Made by a program: the position numbers and the translations under genes. This document shows, piece after piece, positions 49,942 through 59,075 of a DNA stretch of 64,000 bases; the first letter of the stretch is position 1, and the number at the start of each line of letters is the position of its first letter. Source of the stretch: Flavobacteriaceae bacterium (lineage in GTDB: Bacteria; Bacteroidota; Bacteroidia; Flavobacteriales; Flavobacteriaceae). The DNA lies in NCBI GenBank assembly GCA_947463515.1, contig CANHRI010000002.1:22785-86784 (forward strand). Reading direction: 5' to 3'. The notes under the pieces were generated by a model. That model did no database searches. It was not told the DNA's origin and saw only the letters and a program-made list of their open reading frames with translations.

Positions 49942-50816
49942 GTAACCGTGCTTGGGCGCTGGTCGCTGCGACTTTAGTTTCGATAATTTACGGGGTAACG
50001 TTTACGATTGCCAAAGACGTTATGCCGCGCTATGTTGAACCGTTTGGGTTTATCGTGTTGCGCGTTGGGGGTTCGGTCATCCTGTTTTGGCTGTTATCGT
50101 TTTTTGGACCCAAAGAAAAAATTGCCCGCACTGATTTTCCCCGAATTGCCGCCGCAGCCTTGTTTGGAGTGGCGTTCAATATGCTTACGTTTTTCAAAGG
50201 ATTGAGTTATACCTCGCCAATTATGGGTGCTGTATTGATGGTCACTACGCCTATGATTGTGTTGGTGCTTTCGGCCCTTTTGATGAAAGAACGCATGAAA
50301 ACCTCAAAGATTTTGGGAATCGTGTTGGGACTGATTGGAACGGTTACCTTGATTTTGTATGGGAAATCGGTGGTGAATGCTTCCAATGCAACGTTGGGAA
50401 ACCTGCTCGTGTTTGTAAATGCGGTATCGTATGGGTTTTACCTCATCATTGTCAAAAAACTCATGGACAAATACAATGCTTTTACCTTTGTGAAATGGAT
50501 TTACACCTTTGGTTTCCTCATGGTATTGCCGTTTGGGTGGAGCGAATTTCAAGCCATTGCTTGGCCGACCCTGGGGATTGATATTCTCTGGAAAATTGGC
50601 TTTGTAGTGGTCTTTTCTACGTTTTTGACCTATTTATTGAACTTGGTATCGATGCGGGAGTTAAAACCCACTACAGTAGCGGTATTTATCTACTTACAAC
50701 CCTTGTTTGCAACGATTTTTGCAGTGAGTTTAGGCAAAGACGACGTAAATCTGATCAAATTACTTTCGGCGGGATTGATCTTTGCGGGAGTGTATCTGGT
50801 GACGCGTAAGAAGTAG
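49938..50816 (+). CDS. EamA/DMT family transporter
   Basis: Ten TM segments in two repeats; YLQPLFA motif. Confidence 0.9.
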   Translation: MSNRAWALVAATLVSIIYGVTFTIAKDVMPRYVEPFGFIVLRVGGSVILFWLLSFFGPKEKIARTDFPRIAAAALFGVAFNMLTFFKGLSYTSPIMGAVLMVTTPMIVLVLSALLMKERMKTSKILGIVLGLIGTVTLILYGKSVVNASNATLGNLLVFVNAVSYGFYLIIVKKLMDKYNAFTFVKWIYTFGFLMVLPFGWSEFQAIAWPTLGIDILWKIGFVVVFSTFLTYLLNLVSMRELKPTTVAVFIYLQPLFATIFAVSLGKDDVNLIKLLSAGLIFAGVYLVTRKK

Positions 50817-51110
50817 CCCCCCAACCCCCAAAGGGGGAGTTGTTTGTTTCAAGTTTAAGGTTTCAGGTTGCGTTCTAAGAACGTGAATATTCTAGTTAAT
50901 AGTCGTAAGTCACAAAGTCGTAAGTCAACAAGCATTTCTTAGAAAGAACATTTCCAAATCTTCAAATCGACACATTTTCAAATTAAAAGTCGTAAGTCAG
51001 CCAGTCGTAAGTCGTAAGTCAACAAGTATTTCTTAGATAGAACATTTTCAAATCTTCAAATTGACACATTTTCAAATTGCCCCATTGACAAATTGTCCCA
51101 TTACCACATT
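50817..51110. repeat. Composite repeat region: C5/G5 hairpin, GTTTCAR heptamers, AGTCGTA heptamers and a 69-bp direct repeat
   Basis: 50916-50984 vs 51010-51078 match at 65/69 positions; GTTTCAA GTTTAAG GTTTCAG at 50846-50866; CCCCC..GGGGG hairpin directly after the EamA stop. Confidence 0.85.
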
Positions 51111-51148
51111 CCCTCCAAAAAAACTATCTTTGCTCCTTTACGAAATGT

Positions 51149-52009
51149 ATGATACAATCCATGACAGGTTTTGGGAAGGCTTCGTTGCCTTTGCCGACCA
51201 AAAAAATCACCGTTGAAATCAAATCGTTGAACAGCAAGGGGCTCGATGTAAATACCCGTATGCCTTCGATGTACCGCGAGATGGAACTCGGTGTGCGGAA
51301 CTTACTATCGCAACGCTTGGAACGCGGTAAAATCGATTTCTCCTTGTTTATTGAAATTACGGGCGAAGAAACGGCGTCCAAAATCAATGCGCCTATCGTG
51401 AAGGGGTATATTGCACAAATGCGAGAAATTCTCCCGGAGGCCGATGCCACCGAACTCATGAAAATGGCCGTCCGTATGCCTGATGCTTTAAAAACCGAAC
51501 GCGACGATATCGACGAGGCGGAATGGGCACATATCCAATCGGTAATTGATGAGGCGCTAACGGCAATGATCAACTTTCGCCGTGATGAAGGATTGGCGTT
51601 GGAAAAAGAGTTTACCCAGCGCATTGCCAACATTCGCGCGCTCATGCAAGAGGCTGTGAGTTATGACGCGGAGCGTATCGATACAGTGAAAACACGCTTA
51701 CGAACGGCTTTGGAAGAACTTAGCGCCAACGTAGACGAGAATCGCTTTGAGCAAGAACTCATTTACTACCTTGAGAAATACGACATTACCGAAGAACGTG
51801 TGCGCCTCGATAATCACCTCAATTATTTCTTGGAAACCCTAGCAGGAAATGAAGCCAACGGTCGTAAACTTGGCTTTATTACGCAAGAAATGGGCCGTGA
51901 AATCAATACGATGGGGTCAAAATCGAACCATGCAGAAATGCAAAAATGTGTCGTTTTGATGAAGGATGAATTGGAAAAAATTAAAGAACAGGTTTTAAAC
52001 GTTTTGTAG
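51149..52009 (+). CDS. yicC: YicC/YloC family endoribonuclease
   Basis: MIQSMTGFG, EIKSLNSK, DITEERVRL, GRKLGFITQEMGREINTMGSKS; promoter TATCTTTG at 51125-51132. Confidence 0.95.
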   Translation: MIQSMTGFGKASLPLPTKKITVEIKSLNSKGLDVNTRMPSMYREMELGVRNLLSQRLERGKIDFSLFIEITGEETASKINAPIVKGYIAQMREILPEADATELMKMAVRMPDALKTERDDIDEAEWAHIQSVIDEALTAMINFRRDEGLALEKEFTQRIANIRALMQEAVSYDAERIDTVKTRLRTALEELSANVDENRFEQELIYYLEKYDITEERVRLDNHLNYFLETLAGNEANGRKLGFITQEMGREINTMGSKSNHAEMQKCVVLMKDELEKIKEQVLNVL

Positions 52010-52699
52010 ATGAAAATCAAAACCGTTTTTTTATTAGGCATCCTTTTACTATCGTTGGGATCTTGTGGCCCAGTAATGAAAACTTTGGTTGGATTAAAGA
52101 ATCCTCGGGTACAAACCAAAAGCGAAGTCGAAACCTATTTCAAAGACGTTTTACCCGCGGAGAAAACCTATTTTTTCACCGTACATAAAGTCGGCGATAG
52201 TGCTACAATTTACCGTAACTTGATGTTAGGATTCAATTCAGAAATGAAACTATTTGATCGCAAGGGAGTGAGTTACTGCTATCAAGGCACAGAAGAATGT
52301 AGTGGTACCCAAATGACAAAAGCCTTTGCTGAATTTGAAAACAACTACAAACCCTGCCAATACGATACGGTGGAAGAAGCTGAAACTTTGGTAGACTTCT
52401 TGAACATCATGGTTGATGTAAACGGTAAACGTCTCACTATGACTGATCTTCCCGAAGCGGAGTACTATGTTATTCAAAATTGGAATACGTATTCGGGGCC
52501 AAAGAAGCATTTTCGCGAAGACGTGCAATGGATGCAAACACTACGGTCAAACGCATCGAATCGAATTGCTATCATATTCATTAATGGGGATTTATTGGTA
52601 GATTGGGGATTGATCGCAGGTGAAGAACTCCCATTAAAATTTAAAAAAAATAAAGAAGGGTATACTCTCAACTTTGGAAAGTTACCCTTAGCCAAATAA
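52010..52699 (+). CDS. Hypothetical lipoprotein
   Basis: Signal peptide with lipobox LGSC; starts immediately after the yicC stop (TAG-ATG). Confidence 0.75.
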   Translation: MKIKTVFLLGILLLSLGSCGPVMKTLVGLKNPRVQTKSEVETYFKDVLPAEKTYFFTVHKVGDSATIYRNLMLGFNSEMKLFDRKGVSYCYQGTEECSGTQMTKAFAEFENNYKPCQYDTVEEAETLVDFLNIMVDVNGKRLTMTDLPEAEYYVIQNWNTYSGPKKHFREDVQWMQTLRSNASNRIAIIFINGDLLVDWGLIAGEELPLKFKKNKEGYTLNFGKLPLAK

Positions 52700-52708
52700 A
52701 CAACACAC

Positions 52709-53284
52709 ATGTCAACAGGAAAATTAATCGTCTTTTCAGCCCCTTCAGGTTCAGGGAAAACCACTATTGTACGGCATTTGCTGGGAATTCCCGACTTGAA
52801 TTTGGAGTTCTCGGTCTCCTGCACCACCCGTGCCCCGCGCGGCACCGAAGTCCACGGTAAAGACTACTACTATATCAGCATCACCGATTTTAAACAGCAC
52901 ATCAAAGCCGAAGATTTTGTGGAATGGGAGGAAGTGTACCGCGATAATTTTTATGGCACGTTAAAAAGTGAAGTCGAACGCATTTGGGCCTTGGGTAAAA
53001 ATGTAATTTTTGACATCGACGTGGCAGGTGGGTTGCGCATCAAAAAGAAATTTCCCGAGCAAACCTTGGCCGTCTTTGTGAAACCCCCAAGCGTAGACGA
53101 ATTGAAACGCCGCTTGAAAGAACGCTCCACAGAAACCGACGAAAAAATAAACATGCGTATAGCCAAAGCCCATGTCGAATTGGCCACCGCCCCTCAGTTT
53201 GACAAAATCATCAAGAATTATGACTTGGATACGGCGAAGCAAGAGGCGGTTGAATTGGTGAGGGGGTTTGTTGAAAGTGACTAG
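52709..53284 (+). CDS. gmk: Guanylate kinase
   Basis: APSGSGKTT, SCTTRAPR, EWEEVY, FYGT, FDIDVAGG. Confidence 0.97.
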   Translation: MSTGKLIVFSAPSGSGKTTIVRHLLGIPDLNLEFSVSCTTRAPRGTEVHGKDYYYISITDFKQHIKAEDFVEWEEVYRDNFYGTLKSEVERIWALGKNVIFDIDVAGGLRIKKKFPEQTLAVFVKPPSVDELKRRLKERSTETDEKINMRIAKAHVELATAPQFDKIIKNYDLDTAKQEAVELVRGFVESD

Positions 53285-53344
53285 TGACTAGTGATTAGTG
53301 ACTGGTGACTAGTGACTAGTGACTAGTGATTGGTGGTTGATGAT
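53275..53344 (+). repeat. Upstream heptamer arm, TAGTGAY (8 good plus 2 degenerate units)
   Basis: Begins in the last gmk codons (AGT GAC TAG) and supplies its stop codon. Confidence 0.93.
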
Positions 53345-53381
53345 TAAAATTTATATATTTGACTTTTAAATTTAAGCCATT

Positions 53382-53744
53382 ATGAGTTCAATTAAAAGCC
53401 ACAAAGATCTCCATATTTGGAGAAAAGGAATGGATATCACGGAAGCAGTTTTTCGACTTGTAAAATCATTCCCAAAAGAAGAAAAAGACATTTTAACTAA
53501 CCAAATGAAACGGTGTGCTCTGTCAATTCCTTCAAACATTGCAGAAGGATTTGGAAGAAATTCAAATCGATCTTTTGTATATTTTCTCGCAATAGCAAGA
53601 GGTTCACTTTACGAATTAGAAACTCAGTTACTTCTAGCCGAACGTTTTCACTATATCACTGATGATCAATTAATGCATGCTATTCTTCATCAAATCCAAG
53701 AAGAGGGTAAAATGATAAATGCATTTTCGAAAACATTACATTAA
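53382..53744 (+). CDS. Four helix bundle protein (23S rRNA IVP / bAvd-like, TIGR02436-type)
   Basis: HKDLHIWRKG, FPKEEK..LTNQMKRCALSIPSNIAEG.GR, ARGSLYELETQL; visibly AT-richer than its neighbours; promoter TATATTTG at 53354-53361. Confidence 0.92.
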   Translation: MSSIKSHKDLHIWRKGMDITEAVFRLVKSFPKEEKDILTNQMKRCALSIPSNIAEGFGRNSNRSFVYFLAIARGSLYELETQLLLAERFHYITDDQLMHAILHQIQEEGKMINAFSKTLH

Positions 53745-53773
53745 AAAAAGTTCTTACTTTACAACATAAAAAT

Positions 53774-53832
53774 ACTCGTAACTAGACACTCTCGAAATAT
53801 CGGAACTAGTCACTAGTCACTAATTACTAGTC
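53774..53832 (+). repeat. Downstream heptamer arm, inverted (ACTAGTC)
   Basis: ACTAGTC ACTAGTC ACTAATT ACTAGTC at 53805-53832 is the reverse complement of the upstream arm; degenerate units at 53774-53794. Confidence 0.88.
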
Positions 53833-53837
53833 AATCT

Positions 53838-54425
53838 ATGAAAATAGGTCTCTACTTCGGCACCTTCAACCCTATTCATGTGGGGCATATGATTATTGCA
53901 AATCATTTGGCGGAGTATGCCGATTTGGATCAAATTTGGATGGTGGTGACCCCGCATAATCCGCATAAGGAGAAGCAGACGTTATTGGACGATTACCAGC
54001 GTTTGCATTTGGTGCATTTGGCTACGGAGGACTATCCAAAAATCAAGCCTTCGGATATTGAATTTAAATTACCACAACCCAACTATACCGTGAATACCTT
54101 GGCGCATTTGTTGGAGAAGTTTCCACAGCATGAATTTGCCTTGATCATGGGGGAAGACAATCTGAATTCGCTGCACAAATGGAAGAATTACGAGTACATT
54201 TTACAACACCACGCGATTTATGTCTATCCGCGTATAGCCGCGGGTGAAGCCTTACCCGAACTGCTGCAACATCCGCACGTGCATAAGATTAACGCACCCG
54301 TAGTAGAAATTTCCTCCACAGCGATACGCGAGGGCATTGCGCAACAGAAAAATGTTCGTCCGCTCCTACCCGATGCGGTTTGGGACTATGTAGATGCGAA
54401 TTTGTTGTATCGTGAAAAAAAATAG
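53838..54425 (+). CDS. nadD: Nicotinate-nucleotide adenylyltransferase
   Basis: GTFNPIHVGH, YTVNTL, LIMGEDN, EISSTAIR. Confidence 0.96.
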   Translation: MKIGLYFGTFNPIHVGHMIIANHLAEYADLDQIWMVVTPHNPHKEKQTLLDDYQRLHLVHLATEDYPKIKPSDIEFKLPQPNYTVNTLAHLLEKFPQHEFALIMGEDNLNSLHKWKNYEYILQHHAIYVYPRIAAGEALPELLQHPHVHKINAPVVEISSTAIREGIAQQKNVRPLLPDAVWDYVDANLLYREKK

Positions 54426-54433
54426 CGTTAGAC

Positions 54434-54658
54434 ATGAAATCATCTCATGACAATCCCAACGTAAATCCTGAAATGAAATCCCTCTTTACCTTTCTTCGCT
54501 CTCAATTACGCTTTGTGGGTTTAATTATCCTTTTTGTGGGGGCCTTAATTCAATTGGGGGCCAAATTTATGGAAAAAAACACCCCTGAATATGTTACTCT
54601 ATTTTATGTCGTTGGATTGGGTTTATTTTTACTCCATCGATGGGTTGTAAAAAAATAA
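54434..54658 (+). CDS. Small 2-TM hypothetical membrane protein
   Basis: 74 aa ORF on the operon strand with two hydrophobic segments. Confidence 0.6.
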   Translation: MKSSHDNPNVNPEMKSLFTFLRSQLRFVGLIILFVGALIQLGAKFMEKNTPEYVTLFYVVGLGLFLLHRWVVKK

Positions 54659-54791
54659 CAATCAACCAAATTTTCTTTACGTAAATTGGCTTTAAAAGGA
54701 AAAATAAGTTCACAAGAATGGTTTGAACCTTAACATTCCCTTACCACCCGTTATAAAGGGAATGAATTACCTTTGAGGTTTAATTTTTTGA

Positions 54792-55958
54792 ATGATGAAT
54801 AATTTTGAACTATACAATCCGGTCAATTATATTTTTGGCCGTGGACAAATCGCAAAATTGGCCGAAGTAACGCCCAAAAACACCAAAGTCTTGTTGGCGT
54901 ATGGCGGAGGAAGTATCTTTAAAAATGGCGTCTATGACCAAGTAAAAACCGCTTTGGAAGGGTATGATTGTATCGAATTTGGGGGTATCGAACCCAATCC
55001 GCGGTATGAAACCTTGATGAAGGCGGTGGAATTGATTCGTGCTGAAAACATTGGCTTTGTTTTGGCCATCGGTGGTGGAAGTGTGATTGATGGCGTGAAA
55101 TTTATTTCGGCCGCAGTCAACTATCCCGGCGATGCAATTGAAATTTTAAAGCAACGCATTTTGTTTAAAGACGCTTCAGTTTGTGTGCCCTTCGGAACGG
55201 TATTGACGTTACCTGCAACGGGTTCGGAAATGAATTCGGGGGCCGTAGTCACCATCGATGCAACCCAAGAAAAATTGACCTTAGGCGGCAGTGCTTTGTT
55301 TCCGAAATTCTCGATTGTAGACCCTACGGTTATTGCCTCGTTACCCAAACGTCAATTGCAAAACGGAGTGGTCGACGCGTTTACCCATGTAATGGAACAG
55401 TATTTAACTTACACTCATGACGCAAAGTTGCAAGACCGTATTGCAGAAAGTATTTTGCAAACCTTGATTGAAATTGGCCCCTCGGTAGTCGAAAACCCTA
55501 CCGATTATAAATTGGCGTCCAATTTTGTGTGGTCGGCGACGATGGCTTTGAACGGTTTGATTCAAAAAGGAGTTCCTTCCGATTGGGCGACACACATGAT
55601 TGGGCACGAATTGACCGCTTTGTATGAGATTGATCATGCACGTACCTTAGCCATTATTGGTCCCAACCTCTACCGAGTGATGTTTGAAACGAAAAAAGAA
55701 AAATTGACCCAATACGGGCAACGCGTTTGGAACTTAACAGGAACTCCTGACGAAATTGCCAAAGCTGCGATTGACAAAACCGTAAACTTTTTTCATACAA
55801 TGGGCATGAAAACCCGTATTTCGGAAAATGCTGAAAACATTGAAGGCACAGCAGATTTCATCGTGCAACGCTTTGAAGAACGGGGTTGGTTGGGCCTTGG
55901 AGAACGACAAAATGTAACCCTTGAAAAAGTGCGCGAGATTGTAACACTCAGTTATTAA
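54792..55958 (+). CDS. Iron-containing (YqhD/BdhA-like) alcohol dehydrogenase
   Basis: YGGGSI, GGGSVIDG, TLPATGSE, DAFTHVMEQY, HMIGHELTA, HARTLA; promoter TACCTTTG at 54769-54776. Confidence 0.92.
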   Translation: MMNNFELYNPVNYIFGRGQIAKLAEVTPKNTKVLLAYGGGSIFKNGVYDQVKTALEGYDCIEFGGIEPNPRYETLMKAVELIRAENIGFVLAIGGGSVIDGVKFISAAVNYPGDAIEILKQRILFKDASVCVPFGTVLTLPATGSEMNSGAVVTIDATQEKLTLGGSALFPKFSIVDPTVIASLPKRQLQNGVVDAFTHVMEQYLTYTHDAKLQDRIAESILQTLIEIGPSVVENPTDYKLASNFVWSATMALNGLIQKGVPSDWATHMIGHELTALYEIDHARTLAIIGPNLYRVMFETKKEKLTQYGQRVWNLTGTPDEIAKAAIDKTVNFFHTMGMKTRISENAENIEGTADFIVQRFEERGWLGLGERQNVTLEKVREIVTLSY

Positions 55959-56185
55959 TCCAATGGCTTACAACACAAAAGGCGTTCCGTATTATACCGA
56001 ACGCCTTTTTTTCAACCCAAAACAAAAATTCACTAAACTAACCTTTGAAAGGATAACGAGGGTAAAAACTCGAAATTGTAGTTAGCTGTGTTAAAATAAA
56101 CGTTAAAGTTTTTAATATCCCGTTTCGGTGGAATCTTGGGTAGCCAAAATAAAAAACCTATTTTTGAAAAATCAAACCCACACAC

Positions 56186-57181
56186 ATGCAAAAACAACCT
56201 AAAGTAGCGGTGATCGGTGGCGGCAGTTGGGCCACAGCTATCGCCAAAATGCTATGCGTTAACTTGGACGAAATTGCCTGGTACATGCGCAACGGTTCGG
56301 CCATTGATCATTTGAAAGCGTATAAACACAATCCGAACTATTTGAGCTCGGTGGAATTTGATATTACCAAATTACGGCTTACACAAGACATCAATGAAGC
56401 AGTTGCTTATGCCGATTATGTGATTTTTGCCATTCCTTCGGCCTTTTTAAGCCGTGAATTGGAAAAGTTGACCGTGAGCCTTGACGATAAGATTATCTTT
56501 TCTGCTATCAAAGGTATTGTGCCCGAAACATTTTTGATTGTCGGTGAACATTTTCATACTACCTATGCGATTCCTTACCACAATATTGGAGTAATCACGG
56601 GGCCTTGTCATGCCGAAGAAGTGGCGCTAGAGCGTTTATCGTATTTGACCATTGCCTGTGGAGATACTAAAAAGGCACGCGTTATGGCCAAACTATTGGC
56701 GGGAAATTATATCAAGACCAAAACCTCCGACGACATCATTGGTACGGAATACGCGGCCATGTTGAAAAACATTTACGCCATTGCGGCCGGGATTGCCCAT
56801 GGTTTGGGCTATGGCGATAATTTCCAATCGGTAATTATGAGTAATGCCATTCGTGAAATGAAAAAGTTCATCAAAAAAGTGCACCGTATGAAACGCAATA
56901 TCAACAATTCGGCTTATTTGGGCGATTTGTTGGTAACGGGGTATTCGGTTTTTTCTCGCAACCGCATGTTTGGAAACATGATTGGAAAAGGGTATACGGT
57001 CAAATCGGCCATGATGGAAATGAGTATGGTCGCTGAAGGATATTATGCTGTTAAAAGTGCCTACAAACTCAACCAAGATTATAAAGCAAAAACGCCAATT
57101 ATTGATGCGGTTTATGCCGTATTGTATGAAGGGAAAGATGCCAAAAGCACTTTTAAGAAATTAACCGAACAATTGGATTAA
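56186..57181 (+). CDS. gpsA: NAD(P)H-dependent glycerol-3-phosphate dehydrogenase
   Basis: IGGGSWATA, AIKG, GPCHAEEV, LKNIYAIAAG, LGDLLVTGYS.FSRN. Confidence 0.95.
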   Translation: MQKQPKVAVIGGGSWATAIAKMLCVNLDEIAWYMRNGSAIDHLKAYKHNPNYLSSVEFDITKLRLTQDINEAVAYADYVIFAIPSAFLSRELEKLTVSLDDKIIFSAIKGIVPETFLIVGEHFHTTYAIPYHNIGVITGPCHAEEVALERLSYLTIACGDTKKARVMAKLLAGNYIKTKTSDDIIGTEYAAMLKNIYAIAAGIAHGLGYGDNFQSVIMSNAIREMKKFIKKVHRMKRNINNSAYLGDLLVTGYSVFSRNRMFGNMIGKGYTVKSAMMEMSMVAEGYYAVKSAYKLNQDYKAKTPIIDAVYAVLYEGKDAKSTFKKLTEQLD

Positions 57182-57214
57182 AAAAAAGAGCCTCAATAAT
57201 GAGGCTCTTTTTTT
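57181..57214. terminator. Bidirectional terminator
   Basis: AAAAAAAGAGCCTCA-ataa-TGAGGCTCTTTTTTT. Confidence 0.88.
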
Positions 57215-57235
57215 GCACTATCGGTATCGAATAGA

Positions 57236-57685
57236 CTATACTTTGGTCATTTTTAAGTACACCAATTGACTGGAGTTACTGGTGGTATAGGCCACCACAA
57301 TTTCTGTATAGGTTAACGACACAATGGTTAGCGATTGCGTAATTACTTGAGTCGAGCCTCCAGCATTGGTAGTATAACGCAACGTTAGATTGGTAGACAA
57401 GCGGTTGTACGTTCCCGAAATCGATTGGTTGGTACACGTTCCTGAATTCACAAAATCGTTTTGTTGATAGGTAAGATCAGCATTAAAGATGTAATTGTCT
57501 TTATCACAATTGGCATCATTTACGTAATTGGTATAGTTGATGGCGCCTTGTGCATTCATCGTCCCCGTTTGGGTAATTTCCCATTTGCCCACGAGGTAAT
57601 TTTGTTGCACAAACGTCTCTTCGTCTTCTCCACAAGCAGTAAAAAGCAAGGGGAGTGCCATTAAAAGGAATACGAACTTCTTCAT
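57236..57685 (-). CDS. Lipocalin-like domain lipoprotein
   Basis: MKKFVFLLMALPLLFTAC lipobox, LVGKW motif, beta-rich; starts 1 nt after the upstream stop. Confidence 0.8.
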   Translation of the reverse strand: MKKFVFLLMALPLLFTACGEDEETFVQQNYLVGKWEITQTGTMNAQGAINYTNYVNDANCDKDNYIFNADLTYQQNDFVNSGTCTNQSISGTYNRLSTNLTLRYTTNAGGSTQVITQSLTIVSLTYTEIVVAYTTSNSSQLVYLKMTKV

Positions 57686-57686
57686 C

Positions 57687-59057
57687 TTATTGTGCAATAA
57701 CTTCAATGTTGTCAATTTGGTACGTAGACGTAATGTTGTTTGTACCCCCTACATAACGGAACGAAATGTAAACTGTTCCTGTGTAAGCTGATAAATCAAC
57801 ATTTCCTGAACTGGTAAAGTTGGTCGGGAAACTAGTCGTTTGCGCTGCAAAAGTAGCGGGTAATTGCGTCCATGTCGCTGCGTTTACATCAGCGGCCAAT
57901 CCTGAACCATTATAATTGGTTGAAACCCATACCGTAACGGCTTCTCCATTGGCAAAACCAATTTTTGAACCAAAACGCAAGAAAGCTCCGGTTGTCCCTG
58001 TTAAGTTGATTCCGGGTGTAATTAAACGTGTATCTACGTTATTTTCAGCGGGCGTTAATCCAAATGGAGAGAACTGAGCGTATTTGTTTCCACTGAAGAT
58101 ACGAGCTTCCCATTTTTCATTTCCACCATTCATTGATACGTTACTCCATCCGGGTAAAGCAATGAATTGGTTGTTTCCTGTGTTGGCAATTCCTTCGAAG
58201 TTTTCAGAGAACAACGGCACCAAACGAGGTCCTGTTAATTGAATATCTTCTTCCGTACGCGCTACAAACTGGTAGTCAGAACCAAATTTTGTCAAAATAC
58301 CACGCACTTTTCCACGGCCAGAAGCTACAGGACGTGAAGCGAAGTTGGCAAAACTACTGGTACGGAAAATTACTGTATTTCCATCGGCGTCTACCAACAA
58401 GTGATTGGTCGCTCCACCTAAGTCATTATTAGCATCATAATACGTAGTGGTAATCGCTTGGTTAGAAAACTGAACATTATCCAATTCTACCAAAGTATTG
58501 ATATTAGCATCATTCAACAATTGAGGAATCGTCAAGGTACGCTTTAATTGGTCTTCAGGAACAATGGTACAAGCTTTGTTCAAAACGGAACGGTAAAGTG
58601 CTGGCGCCAAACGACCAACAGAAGCTGTTCCCGTAGAGTTTACAAACAATCCCCCAAAACGACGACCTCCATTACTCACGTCGGTGTATAAATCTTTCAT
58701 TTTGATCAATACTTTACGTCCGGGTTCAAACGTAATAAACGTTGACTCTACATCTACAGGCACGCTGAACGCAGAAGGAACAGGATTGGTTGTCGTTGGA
58801 ATCGTTTGAAAAGAAATCGATTTGAAAAAGTTACCCCCTTTATCAGAAGAAACTACATAGGCTTCAATCACATCGTCTTGGGTGTACTGCGCAACGGTAG
58901 ATCCAGCGGTAATATCCGCAACTTCTTTGGTTTTTACCAAGGTCGTTTCGATACAATTAACTTGAGGCGTATCGTAATCATCGTCGTTCACACAACCGAC
59001 AAAAGTACTTGCTAAAAGCGTTAGCGCAAGAACGGGTTTAAAAAAAGTTGTTTTCAT
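57687..59057 (-). CDS. DUF5689 surface lipoprotein (OB-fold region plus C-terminal jelly-roll / choice-of-anchor J-like domain)
   Basis: Lipobox FVGC; VVSSDKGGNFFK, FEPGRKV, NTLVELDNVQF, RTSSFANF, G.VRGILTKF; C-terminal FSENFE...LITP.INL...ISFRY...QIDNI. Confidence 0.8.
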   Translation of the reverse strand: MKTTFFKPVLALTLLASTFVGCVNDDDYDTPQVNCIETTLVKTKEVADITAGSTVAQYTQDDVIEAYVVSSDKGGNFFKSISFQTIPTTTNPVPSAFSVPVDVESTFITFEPGRKVLIKMKDLYTDVSNGGRRFGGLFVNSTGTASVGRLAPALYRSVLNKACTIVPEDQLKRTLTIPQLLNDANINTLVELDNVQFSNQAITTTYYDANNDLGGATNHLLVDADGNTVIFRTSSFANFASRPVASGRGKVRGILTKFGSDYQFVARTEEDIQLTGPRLVPLFSENFEGIANTGNNQFIALPGWSNVSMNGGNEKWEARIFSGNKYAQFSPFGLTPAENNVDTRLITPGINLTGTTGAFLRFGSKIGFANGEAVTVWVSTNYNGSGLAADVNAATWTQLPATFAAQTTSFPTNFTSSGNVDLSAYTGTVYISFRYVGGTNNITSTYQIDNIEVIAQ

Positions 59058-59075
59058 ATTGTGCTTTTATTTTTT

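Noticed and set aside
53382-53744. True 23S rRNA intervening sequence or a diversity-generating retroelement
   Set aside because: No rRNA, reverse transcriptase or TR/VR pair anywhere in the window.
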